NCBI GenBank assembly: GCA_021513715.1
Contig: CP084167.1
Coordinates: forward strand, 512,001-576,000
DNA length: 64,000 nt
Source of the DNA: Candidatus Heimdallarchaeum endolithica
GTDB taxonomy: Archaea > Asgardarchaeota > Heimdallarchaeia > Heimdallarchaeales > Heimdallarchaeaceae
Direction of reading: 5' to 3'
Positions 10,508-19,552 of the stretch are shown here, in pieces (the first letter of the stretch is position 1; each line of letters opens with the position of its first letter). A program made the translations under genes and the position numbers. The notes under the pieces were generated by a model. It was not told the DNA's origin, ran no database searches, and saw only the letters and a list, made by a program, of their open reading frames with translations.

Positions 10508-11422
10508 ATGAAAATTGGTTTTTCTATTCCTATTACAGTAAATAATAAAAAGCAATTGGATCATATACTAAAACTAAAAAATTTAGGAATAGAACAATTT
10601 TGGATAGGGGATAATCCTCCTGTTAACAATGCATTTCTCACTATTGAGCATATTCTAAGTAGATTAGATGATGTAACTTTAGGAACAGGTATTACTTCAC
10701 CATTTTATTATTCTAAAAAGACTTTAGTAGGCACAGTGGAGTATTTCATAAAAAATTATGGTAAAAGATTCATTTTGGGGTTGGGTTTTGGAAGAAAGAA
10801 GTCTTTTTTTGACAGTAATAAGAGATTAGATTTTAGACAATTTCAATCTTACACTCTTGAATTAGTAGAAACAGTTAGACGCAGGTTAAAGAAAAACAAT
10901 TTACAAGATTCTTTTTCCTATGCAATAGGAGGTTTAGGAAATTGTATATCGAAATTTGCTATCCTCAATGCAGACATATTTTTGGTGAATAGTGCTTCTA
11001 AATATGATCTCAAGCGAATAAATAAGATATTCAACAATTTTGATGATAAAAAGAAAAGCCAAGTGTTTCTTTATTCCATGTTGGAGTTACAAGAAAATAA
11101 AGAACTAGTTAGTTTAAAATTATGGAATATAATAAGAGAAATAGCTCGGAATTCTTCAATAAACATTTTGAAAGAACACAATTATTCAAAAAGTATGATA
11201 GAAAGGATAAAAAAACTGCCAAGTGAGTATATGCATGAAATTCCAAAAAATGAAGTAACGCAGATCATTAATGATTTTGCTTTGGTTGGAACAGTAAGTA
11301 ATATTGCTGAAAAAATCTCTAGCTTAAAAAGAAGTTCTTCAATTATTGATGGTTTCGTTTTTGGCTGGACAAACGAATCTTATAACTATAATAAAATCCA
11401 AGAATTACTCGAGATTCTTTAA
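10508..11422 (+). CDS. LLM-class (luciferase-like, flavin/F420-dependent) oxidoreductase
   Basis: MKIGF start, GIEQFWIGD, TLGTGITSPF, RFILGLGFG, FALVGT. Confidence 0.75.
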   Translation: MKIGFSIPITVNNKKQLDHILKLKNLGIEQFWIGDNPPVNNAFLTIEHILSRLDDVTLGTGITSPFYYSKKTLVGTVEYFIKNYGKRFILGLGFGRKKSFFDSNKRLDFRQFQSYTLELVETVRRRLKKNNLQDSFSYAIGGLGNCISKFAILNADIFLVNSASKYDLKRINKIFNNFDDKKKSQVFLYSMLELQENKELVSLKLWNIIREIARNSSINILKEHNYSKSMIERIKKLPSEYMHEIPKNEVTQIINDFALVGTVSNIAEKISSLKRSSSIIDGFVFGWTNESYNYNKIQELLEIL

Positions 11423-11477
11423 AATACAACAACATTAATTTGCAAATATTTAAATTTACAAATAAAAATATACTTTC

Positions 11478-12440
11478 ATGAGTTCTTCAGAATTTGCTGT
11501 TGAAACAATTAGATTAACCAAAGATTTTGATTCTTTACGTGCAGTAAACGAGATTGATCTTACAATTGAAAAGTCTGAAATTTTTGGTTTACTTGGCCCT
11601 AACGGTGCAGGAAAAACTACTACAATCAGGCTTCTTTCAGGAATGTTAATTCCTACTTTTGGGAAAGCTAAGGTATTAGGTATGGATTCTGTCGAAAAAT
11701 CTCTTCAAATTAGAGAAAAAACAGGTTTGTTAACAGAGACTCCTTCGATTTATGATAGATTATCAGTTAGAGAAAATCTTACTTTCTTTGGGAGGATATA
11801 TGGAGTAAAATCTGAAGATATACAGAAAAACATTAAGAAATTATTAAAAATTTTTGATCTAGAAGAAAGAATCGACAGTAAAGCAGGTACTTTGTCTAAA
11901 GGTATGAAACAAAAAGTAGCTATAGCAAGAACACTTATTCACGACCCTGAACTGATTTTCCTTGATGAACCTACAGCTTCTCTTGCTCCTGAATCAGCTA
12001 AAGTTGTTAGAGATTTAATTCTTAATTTAGCTAAAGAAAGTAATAAAACATTCTTTATTGCTACTCACAATCTCTATGAAGCTGAAATACTTTGTGACAG
12101 AGTAGCAATTATAAATAGAGGAAATATTCTAGCAGTAGGAAAACCTAAAGAACTAAAAGAAATGATGAAGGGAGAAACATATACAATTATCAGATTCCAA
12201 GAATGGAATAATGAAGTAGAAAATTTTCTTGAAATTAATAATTACAAAATAAGTAATCTTGTTCAAGAAGAAAGAAAAATACAAATTAAACTAAAGGATA
12301 TTGAGAAAGAAACACCCCCTTTAATTAAAAAATTAATTGAAAATAATTACAACATTGTAGAAGTCTTCCATGAAAGACCTTCTTTAGAAAAGATCTATCT
12401 TGAATTAGTAGAAAGAGAAACAAATGGAGGAGTGAGATAA
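11478..12440 (+). CDS. ABC-2 exporter ATP-binding subunit
   Basis: GPNGAGKTT, LSKGMKQ signature, IFLDEPT, H-loop THN. Confidence 0.95.
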   Translation: MSSSEFAVETIRLTKDFDSLRAVNEIDLTIEKSEIFGLLGPNGAGKTTTIRLLSGMLIPTFGKAKVLGMDSVEKSLQIREKTGLLTETPSIYDRLSVRENLTFFGRIYGVKSEDIQKNIKKLLKIFDLEERIDSKAGTLSKGMKQKVAIARTLIHDPELIFLDEPTASLAPESAKVVRDLILNLAKESNKTFFIATHNLYEAEILCDRVAIINRGNILAVGKPKELKEMMKGETYTIIRFQEWNNEVENFLEINNYKISNLVQEERKIQIKLKDIEKETPPLIKKLIENNYNIVEVFHERPSLEKIYLELVERETNGGVR

Positions 12441-13256
12441 ATGAGATGGGATAGAGTTTGGGCTCTAGCTAAAAAAGATATAAAAGAGTATACTAAATCA
12501 AAATATGTATTTTTCACAATTATTTTTATGCCATTATTTCTTTCTCTTTTAATGGCAATATCTGGCGTTTTGCCACTAGTTAGTATTCCTGAAGATGAAG
12601 TTAATGAAAATGATTTTGCTTCTATCGATAATATTGTAGCAAATGTTGTTACAGGTTGGGAGAATTTTTCTCCTAAAGCTAAAATGCTAATTATTACTGC
12701 TTATGGAATGTTATTCTTTGTAGCTCTCATTCCTGTAATAATTCCTTCAATAATTGCTTCTGAAACAATAGTGGGCGAAAAAGAAAGAAAAACAATGGAA
12801 GGAATAATAGCTTCTCCACTCAGCGAAGGAGAGATAGTAGTAGGAAAAATTGTTTCTGCTTTTCTTCCTTCAATAATAGGAACTATTGTTGCCTCTATTG
12901 TTTATGCAGTAAGCATCGATATAATGCTTTATCCAATAATAGGAAGACTTCTCTTTCCAGATCCTTTGATTATTCTTTTCACTTTTGTTATCAGCCCTAT
13001 AACGACCATAATTTGTGTAGAATTGATGATTATGATTTCTACCAAGATGTCAAGTGTAAGGGATGCTTATCAAGTTGGTTCTCTGGTTGTAATGCCTGTA
13101 TTTTTATTCATTTTCCTTCAGATGGTGTCATTTTTCTTTTCAAGTTTATTAGCAATAATAGGAGGTACTCTGATACTTATTCTAGCAGCTATCTTCTTCT
13201 ATAAACTTGCAGAAAACATTTTTGATAGAGAAAATGCACTTGTAAAATTAATGTAA
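12441..13256 (+). CDS. ABC-2 exporter permease
   Basis: IVGEKERKTMEGIIASPLS..EIVVGK motif, 6 TM helices, abuts the ATPase gene. Confidence 0.9.
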   Translation: MRWDRVWALAKKDIKEYTKSKYVFFTIIFMPLFLSLLMAISGVLPLVSIPEDEVNENDFASIDNIVANVVTGWENFSPKAKMLIITAYGMLFFVALIPVIIPSIIASETIVGEKERKTMEGIIASPLSEGEIVVGKIVSAFLPSIIGTIVASIVYAVSIDIMLYPIIGRLLFPDPLIILFTFVISPITTIICVELMIMISTKMSSVRDAYQVGSLVVMPVFLFIFLQMVSFFFSSLLAIIGGTLILILAAIFFYKLAENIFDRENALVKLM

Positions 13257-13274
13257 TTTTCTCTTTTCTTTTTT

Positions 13275-13310
13275 ATTTTTATTTTCATTTTTATTTTCAT
13301 TTTTATTTTC
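13275..13310. repeat. 3 x 12-bp tandem repeat (ATTTTTATTTTC) in T-rich terminator region
   Basis: Read directly; follows the ABC permease stop codon. Confidence 0.6.
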
Positions 13311-13353
13311 AGAAAAATTTTTATTAAATATATAAAAATATAATTGAAGAGGT

Positions 13354-15342
13354 TTGAAGAAAACAAAACTAAAACTAATTACTACAATAATGTTAATTCA
13401 AGTCTTTCTTTTAACTATTCTAAGCCTTTCTTTTACTAAAGGAGATGAGATTGAATATAAGGTAATGGGAATAAATATTACCTCCAATAGTGATTTTATT
13501 AATTTTGCCAAGGCGGGAGTTGGAACTAAAGAAAACCCATACATAATTTCAGGATATGATTTTGAATATTATGAAATTGGGATCTTTATTTCCCAAACAA
13601 GTAAATATGTTATTATAACTAACTGTTCTTTTTCTAACATTAAATATGAAGCAATAAGATTGTGGTCTGTCAAATCTGGAACTGTAAGAATAGAAAACAA
13701 TACGATTGTTAATGCAAAAGTGGGAATATTCCTATACGAAGCTCCTGAATGTACAATAGTAAATAATAAAATAGTTAACTGTTCTGCTTTTGCAATTAAA
13801 GATGATTTTTCTAAAATAGGATCCAAAATTATAAGCAATACTCTTTATAACAACGAAGAAGGAATAACCATAAGTGAAACTAATTACACTCAAATAATGG
13901 ATAATTATATAATTTACAGCAGGAATGTAGGCATTTATTTAATGGATACCACAAATGGAACAGAAATACATCATAACTTCTTCCTAAATGCTATCAAACC
14001 TGCTTTTACAACAGCTTGTGGTTATGGATATTATAACAATTGGACATCTAATTATTGGAGTGATTGGGATGGTTTTGGTTCGTATAAAATTGTGAATAAA
14101 TATGAATCAACCTTCGATAGAAATCCTTTAAGTTTTGAAGACTCTGATGGAGACAAAATAATCGATGTAGTAGAACTAGTTATGAATATGAATCCACAAT
14201 CTACTGATAACGATGAAGATAAAATTTCTGACTATGATGAATTGCTAGTTTATGCAACAAATCCTAATGCTCGAGATAGTGATGGAGATGGAATAACAGA
14301 TTATGAGGAAATATTTATGTATTTAACGAACCCCAATTCAATAGATTCAGATAAAGATGGAATAACAGATTATGAGGAAATATTGACTTATCATACAGAT
14401 CCGAATAAAAAAGATACAGATGGTGATACCTTTTCAGATTATGAAGAAATAATGCAGAAAACTAATCCTAGGAAGAGCTACAGTAATCCAATTACTAAAA
14501 AATATATTACAATATTTATTCCTACCTTTTCAGGAATACTTGTTCTTGCAGCTTTTTCAACTAGATACTATTCTAACTCAAAGAAAAACAAAATTAAAGT
14601 AATTTTTGACACTTGGAATGAATTCTTTAATGAATGGGAGAAAATAATTGAACAAATAAACAATACTAAAAGATCAGAAGTTGAAGAAATAATTTTTGAA
14701 GTAAAGGAACTTAAAAATAAAAAAATTGACGAACTTGAAATTGTAAAGAAAATAATCAGTCAAGCTAAAAAATTACTTATCAATCACATGAAGTTTAATG
14801 TTGAATTAAGCTTACAAAAATATAAAAAACAAGCTGAAATTGTAATTAATCTACAGAATAAATTGATTAACCAAGCATTATCTGCTCTCAATCAAATAAC
14901 AAAAAATACAATATTTAATGCTGTAAAAGATTACTTGTGGATGAGGTTTGTTTATTTGTATAGTACAACGAGCAAATCAGAAACAATAACTACTATTGAA
15001 GATATAAGTGGAGATGCACTTTTTAATAAGTTCATCAAATTTTACAAATCATTAGATTATGAAGAGAGATTGAAAGAAGAAGTTGCTAAATTGGCAGAAG
15101 AAATCACGTATCAAATAAGAAAAACAAAAGATTATGAAATAGACCTTTTAGAAAGTTCAATAAATTCAATTATAGACTCATTACTTGATAAGTTTAACAA
15201 ACTTGAAGTTGACATTAATTTTCTTGAAGAAAAAATAAAGGATATTAGTATTAAACAAACAAAGCTCGATGATCCAAAAGATTCCTTCTTAAAAATAGAA
15301 AATATTGTTAAAGAAGAAGTGAAAGAAAAAAAAAGCAAATGA
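13354..15342 (+). CDS. surface protein: NosD/right-handed beta-helix + DxDxDG stalk + TM + large cytoplasmic helical domain
   Basis: Signal peptide, G.GT..NPYII motif, parallel beta-helix repeats, NYWSDW, D.D.DGITDYEE repeats, TM near aa 385-405, helical tail of about 250 aa. Confidence 0.82.
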   Translation: MKKTKLKLITTIMLIQVFLLTILSLSFTKGDEIEYKVMGINITSNSDFINFAKAGVGTKENPYIISGYDFEYYEIGIFISQTSKYVIITNCSFSNIKYEAIRLWSVKSGTVRIENNTIVNAKVGIFLYEAPECTIVNNKIVNCSAFAIKDDFSKIGSKIISNTLYNNEEGITISETNYTQIMDNYIIYSRNVGIYLMDTTNGTEIHHNFFLNAIKPAFTTACGYGYYNNWTSNYWSDWDGFGSYKIVNKYESTFDRNPLSFEDSDGDKIIDVVELVMNMNPQSTDNDEDKISDYDELLVYATNPNARDSDGDGITDYEEIFMYLTNPNSIDSDKDGITDYEEILTYHTDPNKKDTDGDTFSDYEEIMQKTNPRKSYSNPITKKYITIFIPTFSGILVLAAFSTRYYSNSKKNKIKVIFDTWNEFFNEWEKIIEQINNTKRSEVEEIIFEVKELKNKKIDELEIVKKIISQAKKLLINHMKFNVELSLQKYKKQAEIVINLQNKLINQALSALNQITKNTIFNAVKDYLWMRFVYLYSTTSKSETITTIEDISGDALFNKFIKFYKSLDYEERLKEEVAKLAEEITYQIRKTKDYEIDLLESSINSIIDSLLDKFNKLEVDINFLEEKIKDISIKQTKLDDPKDSFLKIENIVKEEVKEKKSK

Positions 15343-15349
15343 AATTTTT

Positions 15350-16441
15350 CTAATGTATCCTTAGATTAGGTGGAATAAGGTTTAGAACTCCGCAAGCAGG
15401 ACACTCTATTACTCCATTTTCATTCATATCTTTTAGATCCAAAAGTTCTCCACAATTACCTGCACAATACATGGGAATTAATTCTGGTCCTTCTTTCACC
15501 CCTTCAATTGCTGTATTAATCTTTGGAATAACTTCTTTGTAGAGTTTTTCGTGTATTTGGTCTACTTCATATCCATAAACCCAAATAGCTATGTTTCCAC
15601 TTTTTTCTCTTCCTGTGACAATAAGTTCAACTATGGAAATATCTTTTTTTCCAATTTGGGAAACAAACATTAAGTTACCAATGAAATTTTCGATTGAATC
15701 CATTACAATTTGTTCATTTACTGTCTTATAAGAATCAAACAAGGTTTTCAAAACTTTAAAAGCGACTTTCGGCTTTGCATGAAATTCTATTGATCTTCCT
15801 AATGAATCAAATCTATTATTCTTCAATTCCATTAAAGCATCATAATAACCGTTCTCTATTCTTTCTTTAAGTACTAAAGCTCTTTCCTCTCTTTTTTTGT
15901 AAGCTTCGTAGATTAATTCTGTGAATTCCATCTGTTTTTTCTTTACTATTGTAAACTTTGTCCCTTCGTGTATTTTTACAGGAGGAAAGGGTAAACTACT
16001 TATTATTTGAGATTGGACAATATAAGGTTCTCTTAAAGTCGAAGGAACAATAAAACTTAATGATGTTCCATAATCTATTATTTTTCCTATATTTCCTTCT
16101 CTTACTATTGAACTCCAATCTCCTCCAGGAATTGTAACTGTATCAGGAACAGCTAAAAATACGATATCTGCTCTAGGAGGAGCAGAAGAAATTAAAGCTG
16201 TAACTTCTTCTCCATCACCTATTTCTCCTGCGATTCGTTTGTCTAAATATATCAAAGATTCTTTTCCTTTTTTTGCTATCTCATTTATTTCAGCAAAAAC
16301 TGAACTAGTTCTTCCTATTCCTGAAGAGAAGATAAGAGCATATTTCTCTTCATTTGAAAGTTCTAATTCTGAATCTTCAGATAATACTAATCCAATACCA
16401 TTTCTAAATACTAATTTTATTTTACAAGTAACAGTTTTCAC
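15350..16441 (-). CDS. Cdc48/VCP N-domain-like protein without AAA module, C-terminal Zn ribbon
   Basis: IYLDKRIAGEIGDGEEVT...PPRADIVFLAVP and IISSLPFPPVKIHEGTKFTI resemble the CDC48_N/CDC48_2 subdomains. C-terminal CAGNC...CPAC. No Walker motifs. Confidence 0.5.
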   Translation of the reverse strand: MKTVTCKIKLVFRNGIGLVLSEDSELELSNEEKYALIFSSGIGRTSSVFAEINEIAKKGKESLIYLDKRIAGEIGDGEEVTALISSAPPRADIVFLAVPDTVTIPGGDWSSIVREGNIGKIIDYGTSLSFIVPSTLREPYIVQSQIISSLPFPPVKIHEGTKFTIVKKKQMEFTELIYEAYKKREERALVLKERIENGYYDALMELKNNRFDSLGRSIEFHAKPKVAFKVLKTLFDSYKTVNEQIVMDSIENFIGNLMFVSQIGKKDISIVELIVTGREKSGNIAIWVYGYEVDQIHEKLYKEVIPKINTAIEGVKEGPELIPMYCAGNCGELLDLKDMNENGVIECPACGVLNLIPPNLRIH

Positions 16442-16514
16442 ATTCTGCTCTTAGAATATCTTCACATTTATATTTTCCTATTTTGAAAATAAAAAAAAAA
16501 GGTAAGTTTTAAAT

Positions 16515-17474
16515 CTAAAAAGGTAGTTGTGGAAGAAAACTCAAGAAATTAGCTAATGTTCCATATAAACCAAAAATAGAACCAAGAATAGAATAAATAA
16601 GTAAAACATACTTTTGTAACCCAGAGATATTTAGACCTAACAATGCTTCAAATGACCTCTTGTAGATTTTCACTGGAATATTTACAACTAAAAGTTCTTT
16701 GTATTTTTGTTCAAAATCAACTCTAATCTCATTTGCTACTTTTGATGTCCAAGTAGTAGGTGTTACAAAAAATTCTGCTCTTATCTCTTCTTTGTTTGGT
16801 TCAAAATATACGTTTCTTTCAGATGGTACTATATATCCAATTCCATTAGTAAAATAAGCTCTTATTGTTATTGGTCCTTCAGTAAGACCTTTTAATTTAA
16901 CTTTTGTCTTTGTTAATCTTTTTCCTAATCTTTCTGCAGTTAAGCTATAAAGTTTTGCTTCCTCTGAACCAACTTTTAAATAACTAATTTCAATCTCATC
17001 ACTAGCATAACCTGATTTTTTAATAAAAATAACAAGCTTGAAAACTTCGTTAACACATAAATTATGGGGCACTTTTATTATTAAGTTTCGAGAATAAGTT
17101 TTTTCCTTAATTTCTGAAATTGGTGATAAAATAGTTTCTTCTTTGTCTTCTTCCATTTCTAATTTAAAAGCTTTAACTAGCTCGCTTTCCCTTGATTTAG
17201 AAGAAGAAAGAGGTTGTGATGAAACTATTGATTCAATATCCACTTTTTGAGGGAGAGGAGGCTTTTTTGCAACAGAACGTTTTCTTTTTCCTTTTTTTTC
17301 TTCTTTAATACTATCTTTTTTAGATTCTTTTCTATTTTCTCTTGTTAAAGTCATAAAATCAGAAGAAAAAATTTTTTCAGACTGAAAATCTATCTTTCTT
17401 GCAGTTAAAACAATAATAAGAGTAAACAAGCTACTTACTAAAAAAACTAATCCTAAAATAAAAGATATTAACAT
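16515..17474 (-). CDS. hypothetical membrane protein (N- and C-terminal TM, central beta-rich domain)
   Basis: Hydrophobic termini, charged linker, beta-rich core; co-oriented with 15350-16441. Confidence 0.6.
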   Translation of the reverse strand: MLISFILGLVFLVSSLFTLIIVLTARKIDFQSEKIFSSDFMTLTRENRKESKKDSIKEEKKGKRKRSVAKKPPLPQKVDIESIVSSQPLSSSKSRESELVKAFKLEMEEDKEETILSPISEIKEKTYSRNLIIKVPHNLCVNEVFKLVIFIKKSGYASDEIEISYLKVGSEEAKLYSLTAERLGKRLTKTKVKLKGLTEGPITIRAYFTNGIGYIVPSERNVYFEPNKEEIRAEFFVTPTTWTSKVANEIRVDFEQKYKELLVVNIPVKIYKRSFEALLGLNISGLQKYVLLIYSILGSIFGLYGTLANFLSFLPQLPF

Positions 17475-17597
17475 TTATATCTAAGAAAATAAAATATTTC
17501 CTATAATAAATATATCTGAATCCCTTGAAAAACCAGAATTATTTAGATTAAACGTTGTTGATAGCGTTTTATTAGCCTATTTAGCTTTTGCAATAGT

Positions 17598-18359
17598 GGT
17601 GGTGTCTAGTTTCTCCCGACAAAAATATTATTGGGGATTCTAATAGTAAGATATGAAAATTCAAAAACTATCTACTCTTTTTAAGAGATGCAGAGTCCCC
17701 AAAAAGATAATCATAAGAGCTATTTATGAATATATCGGTTCAAAGAATGGTTTGAGGACAGTAGCATGGAAGAATGGTTTAACACACCAGGCACTATGGT
17801 ATTGGGTAAAGAAGTTCAGGCTCTTTAGGGAAAGTTTACATAGAATTGTAGCAGAGAGAGGGGGAATACCAGAGATTATAGTAGTTGATGAAACAGAGAT
17901 TAAGACCTCTCAAGGCTCAATGTATATGTGGTTCGCGTTAGATCCTTACAATAAGACTTTACTGGGTTTTAGTATTACTAAAGGACGGAGTAATTTTGAA
18001 TGTTTACTAACTTTCCGTTATTGGTTCAAATGTTGGGGTTCTAAGCCTCGTATTGTCGTTACAGATGCAGGGGTATGGTATCCTGTATTACTTCGTCTCG
18101 GTATCAAAATCTCTTTTATCAATGGTGGTTTACGCTCCTATATTGAACGTTTTAATGCTACCCTTAAGAGCTATCGTTGGTTTCATTCTATTCTCCACTG
18201 CACATATTCTATCCGTGCCGTCTATGGCTCTAGTCATCTTTCTGGTTTCCTTACACTCTTTATACTCTATTATAATTTCGTTCGTCCTCATCAGAGCTTG
18301 GGACATCCTCCCCTTCGTTCCTTTTTGCCTAGGAGGTGGTATAAAAACTAGACACTACC
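17598..18359 (+). mobile_element. IS6-family insertion sequence, copy 2 (762 bp)
   Basis: IRs GGTGGTGTCTAGTTT (17598) and AAACTAGACACTACC (ends 18359). TTTGCAATAGT occurs on both flanks. Same length as copy 1. Confidence 0.92.
17653..18351 (+). CDS. IS6-family DDE transposase
   Basis: Near-identical to 2735-3433 beyond residue 15; DDE residues intact. Confidence 0.9.
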   Translation: MKIQKLSTLFKRCRVPKKIIIRAIYEYIGSKNGLRTVAWKNGLTHQALWYWVKKFRLFRESLHRIVAERGGIPEIIVVDETEIKTSQGSMYMWFALDPYNKTLLGFSITKGRSNFECLLTFRYWFKCWGSKPRIVVTDAGVWYPVLLRLGIKISFINGGLRSYIERFNATLKSYRWFHSILHCTYSIRAVYGSSHLSGFLTLFILYYNFVRPHQSLGHPPLRSFLPRRWYKN

Positions 18360-18428
18360 ATTTGCAATAGTACCCATTAATTTTAAAAGTGAATAAGTTA
18401 ATTTATTTTTTGAGCAATTGGGATAATA

Positions 18429-19478
18429 ATGAATAAACAAAAAAACAATAATTCATACAGTTCAGATGTATACAAAAAAATATTTGAAACAGCTCAAGAT
18501 TCTATATTTCTGCTTACTAAAAACAATATTTTCATAGATTGCAATCCTTATACTTGTGAAATGTTTAATTGTGAAAAAGAAGATATTATAGGAACTACCC
18601 CAGTTGAATGGTCACCTGAACTACAATTTGATGATGTTCCATCCGAGAAAAAGGCAGTAAATTATATCAAAAAAGCTTTTTCTGGAGTACCTCAACGTTT
18701 TGAGTGGATACACAAGAGAAAATCGGGAGAATTATTTTACTGTGAAGTATCGCTTAACAAGGTAGTAGTAGATGAAGAAGACTATTTACAAGCTATTGTA
18801 CGTGAAATAACTGAAAAAAAGTTTAGAGAAGAAGTAGAAATGATTTTCTCAAAAATAATTGATCATGATACTAGAAACCTTGCTTTTACAACATCATCCT
18901 ATATTGAATTAATAAGAAAAAATTTTGATATATCTGAAAAACTAGCACATTATCTTGAAAGGATAGAAGAAAATTTGGAAGAATTGATAAACATAATAAA
19001 TAAATTTTCAATTTTGCATGAAATTTTATATAATACAAAAAAAGAAAGCATAAATCTTAATGAAACTATAAATAAAAGTGTTCAATCCTATGAGGATAAA
19101 ATTAAAGAGAAGAATGTTATTATTGAAAATAAAGTTAATAAAGCACACAAGGTTATAGCTGGAAATTTGTTGGTTGAAGTGATAAATAATTTAATAAGTA
19201 ATTCTCTTAAGCACTCTAACTCAAAAAAGATAGTTATAAAAAGTAAAGAAACGCCAGAGAGAATCATTCTTGTTTTTTCTGATGATGGTAAAGGAATTGA
19301 GGAAAATATAATTCCTAATTTATTTAGAAAAGGAATAAAAGGTACTGAATCTAAAGGTTCAGGTTTAGGATTGTATATTACTAAGAAAATAATCAATTTA
19401 TATGAAGGACATATTATTGCAAGAAATGGTAGAAAAGGAGGAGCTGAATTTATTATTGAGTTAGAAAAAGCAGATTAA
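18429..19478 (+). CDS. cytoplasmic PAS-domain sensor histidine kinase
   Basis: PAS (IFETAQDSIF...DCNP...FEWIHKRKSGE), H-box IDHDTRN, N-box NNLISNSLKH, G boxes DDGKGI and GSGLGLY. Confidence 0.92.
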   Translation: MNKQKNNNSYSSDVYKKIFETAQDSIFLLTKNNIFIDCNPYTCEMFNCEKEDIIGTTPVEWSPELQFDDVPSEKKAVNYIKKAFSGVPQRFEWIHKRKSGELFYCEVSLNKVVVDEEDYLQAIVREITEKKFREEVEMIFSKIIDHDTRNLAFTTSSYIELIRKNFDISEKLAHYLERIEENLEELINIINKFSILHEILYNTKKESINLNETINKSVQSYEDKIKEKNVIIENKVNKAHKVIAGNLLVEVINNLISNSLKHSNSKKIVIKSKETPERIILVFSDDGKGIEENIIPNLFRKGIKGTESKGSGLGLYITKKIINLYEGHIIARNGRKGGAEFIIELEKAD

Positions 19479-19552
19479 TTTGAAATTGCCTTTTTCCAAA
19501 AAATATAATAAAGATAAAAAAAAAATTAGCGTTAATTCAAAAGAGATTTAGT

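Noticed and set aside
2727-18359. Composite transposon bounded by the two IS6 copies
   Set aside because: Each copy has its own flanking duplication, consistent with independent insertions, and the enclosed genes look chromosomal. An IS-mediated inversion cannot be fully excluded because both targets share a motif.
2710-18370. Alternative-frame ORFs of about 105 aa in both IS copies (2710-3033, 18053-18370)
   Set aside because: Their conservation follows from IS copy identity. They run past the IR into flanking DNA and have no recognisable domain.
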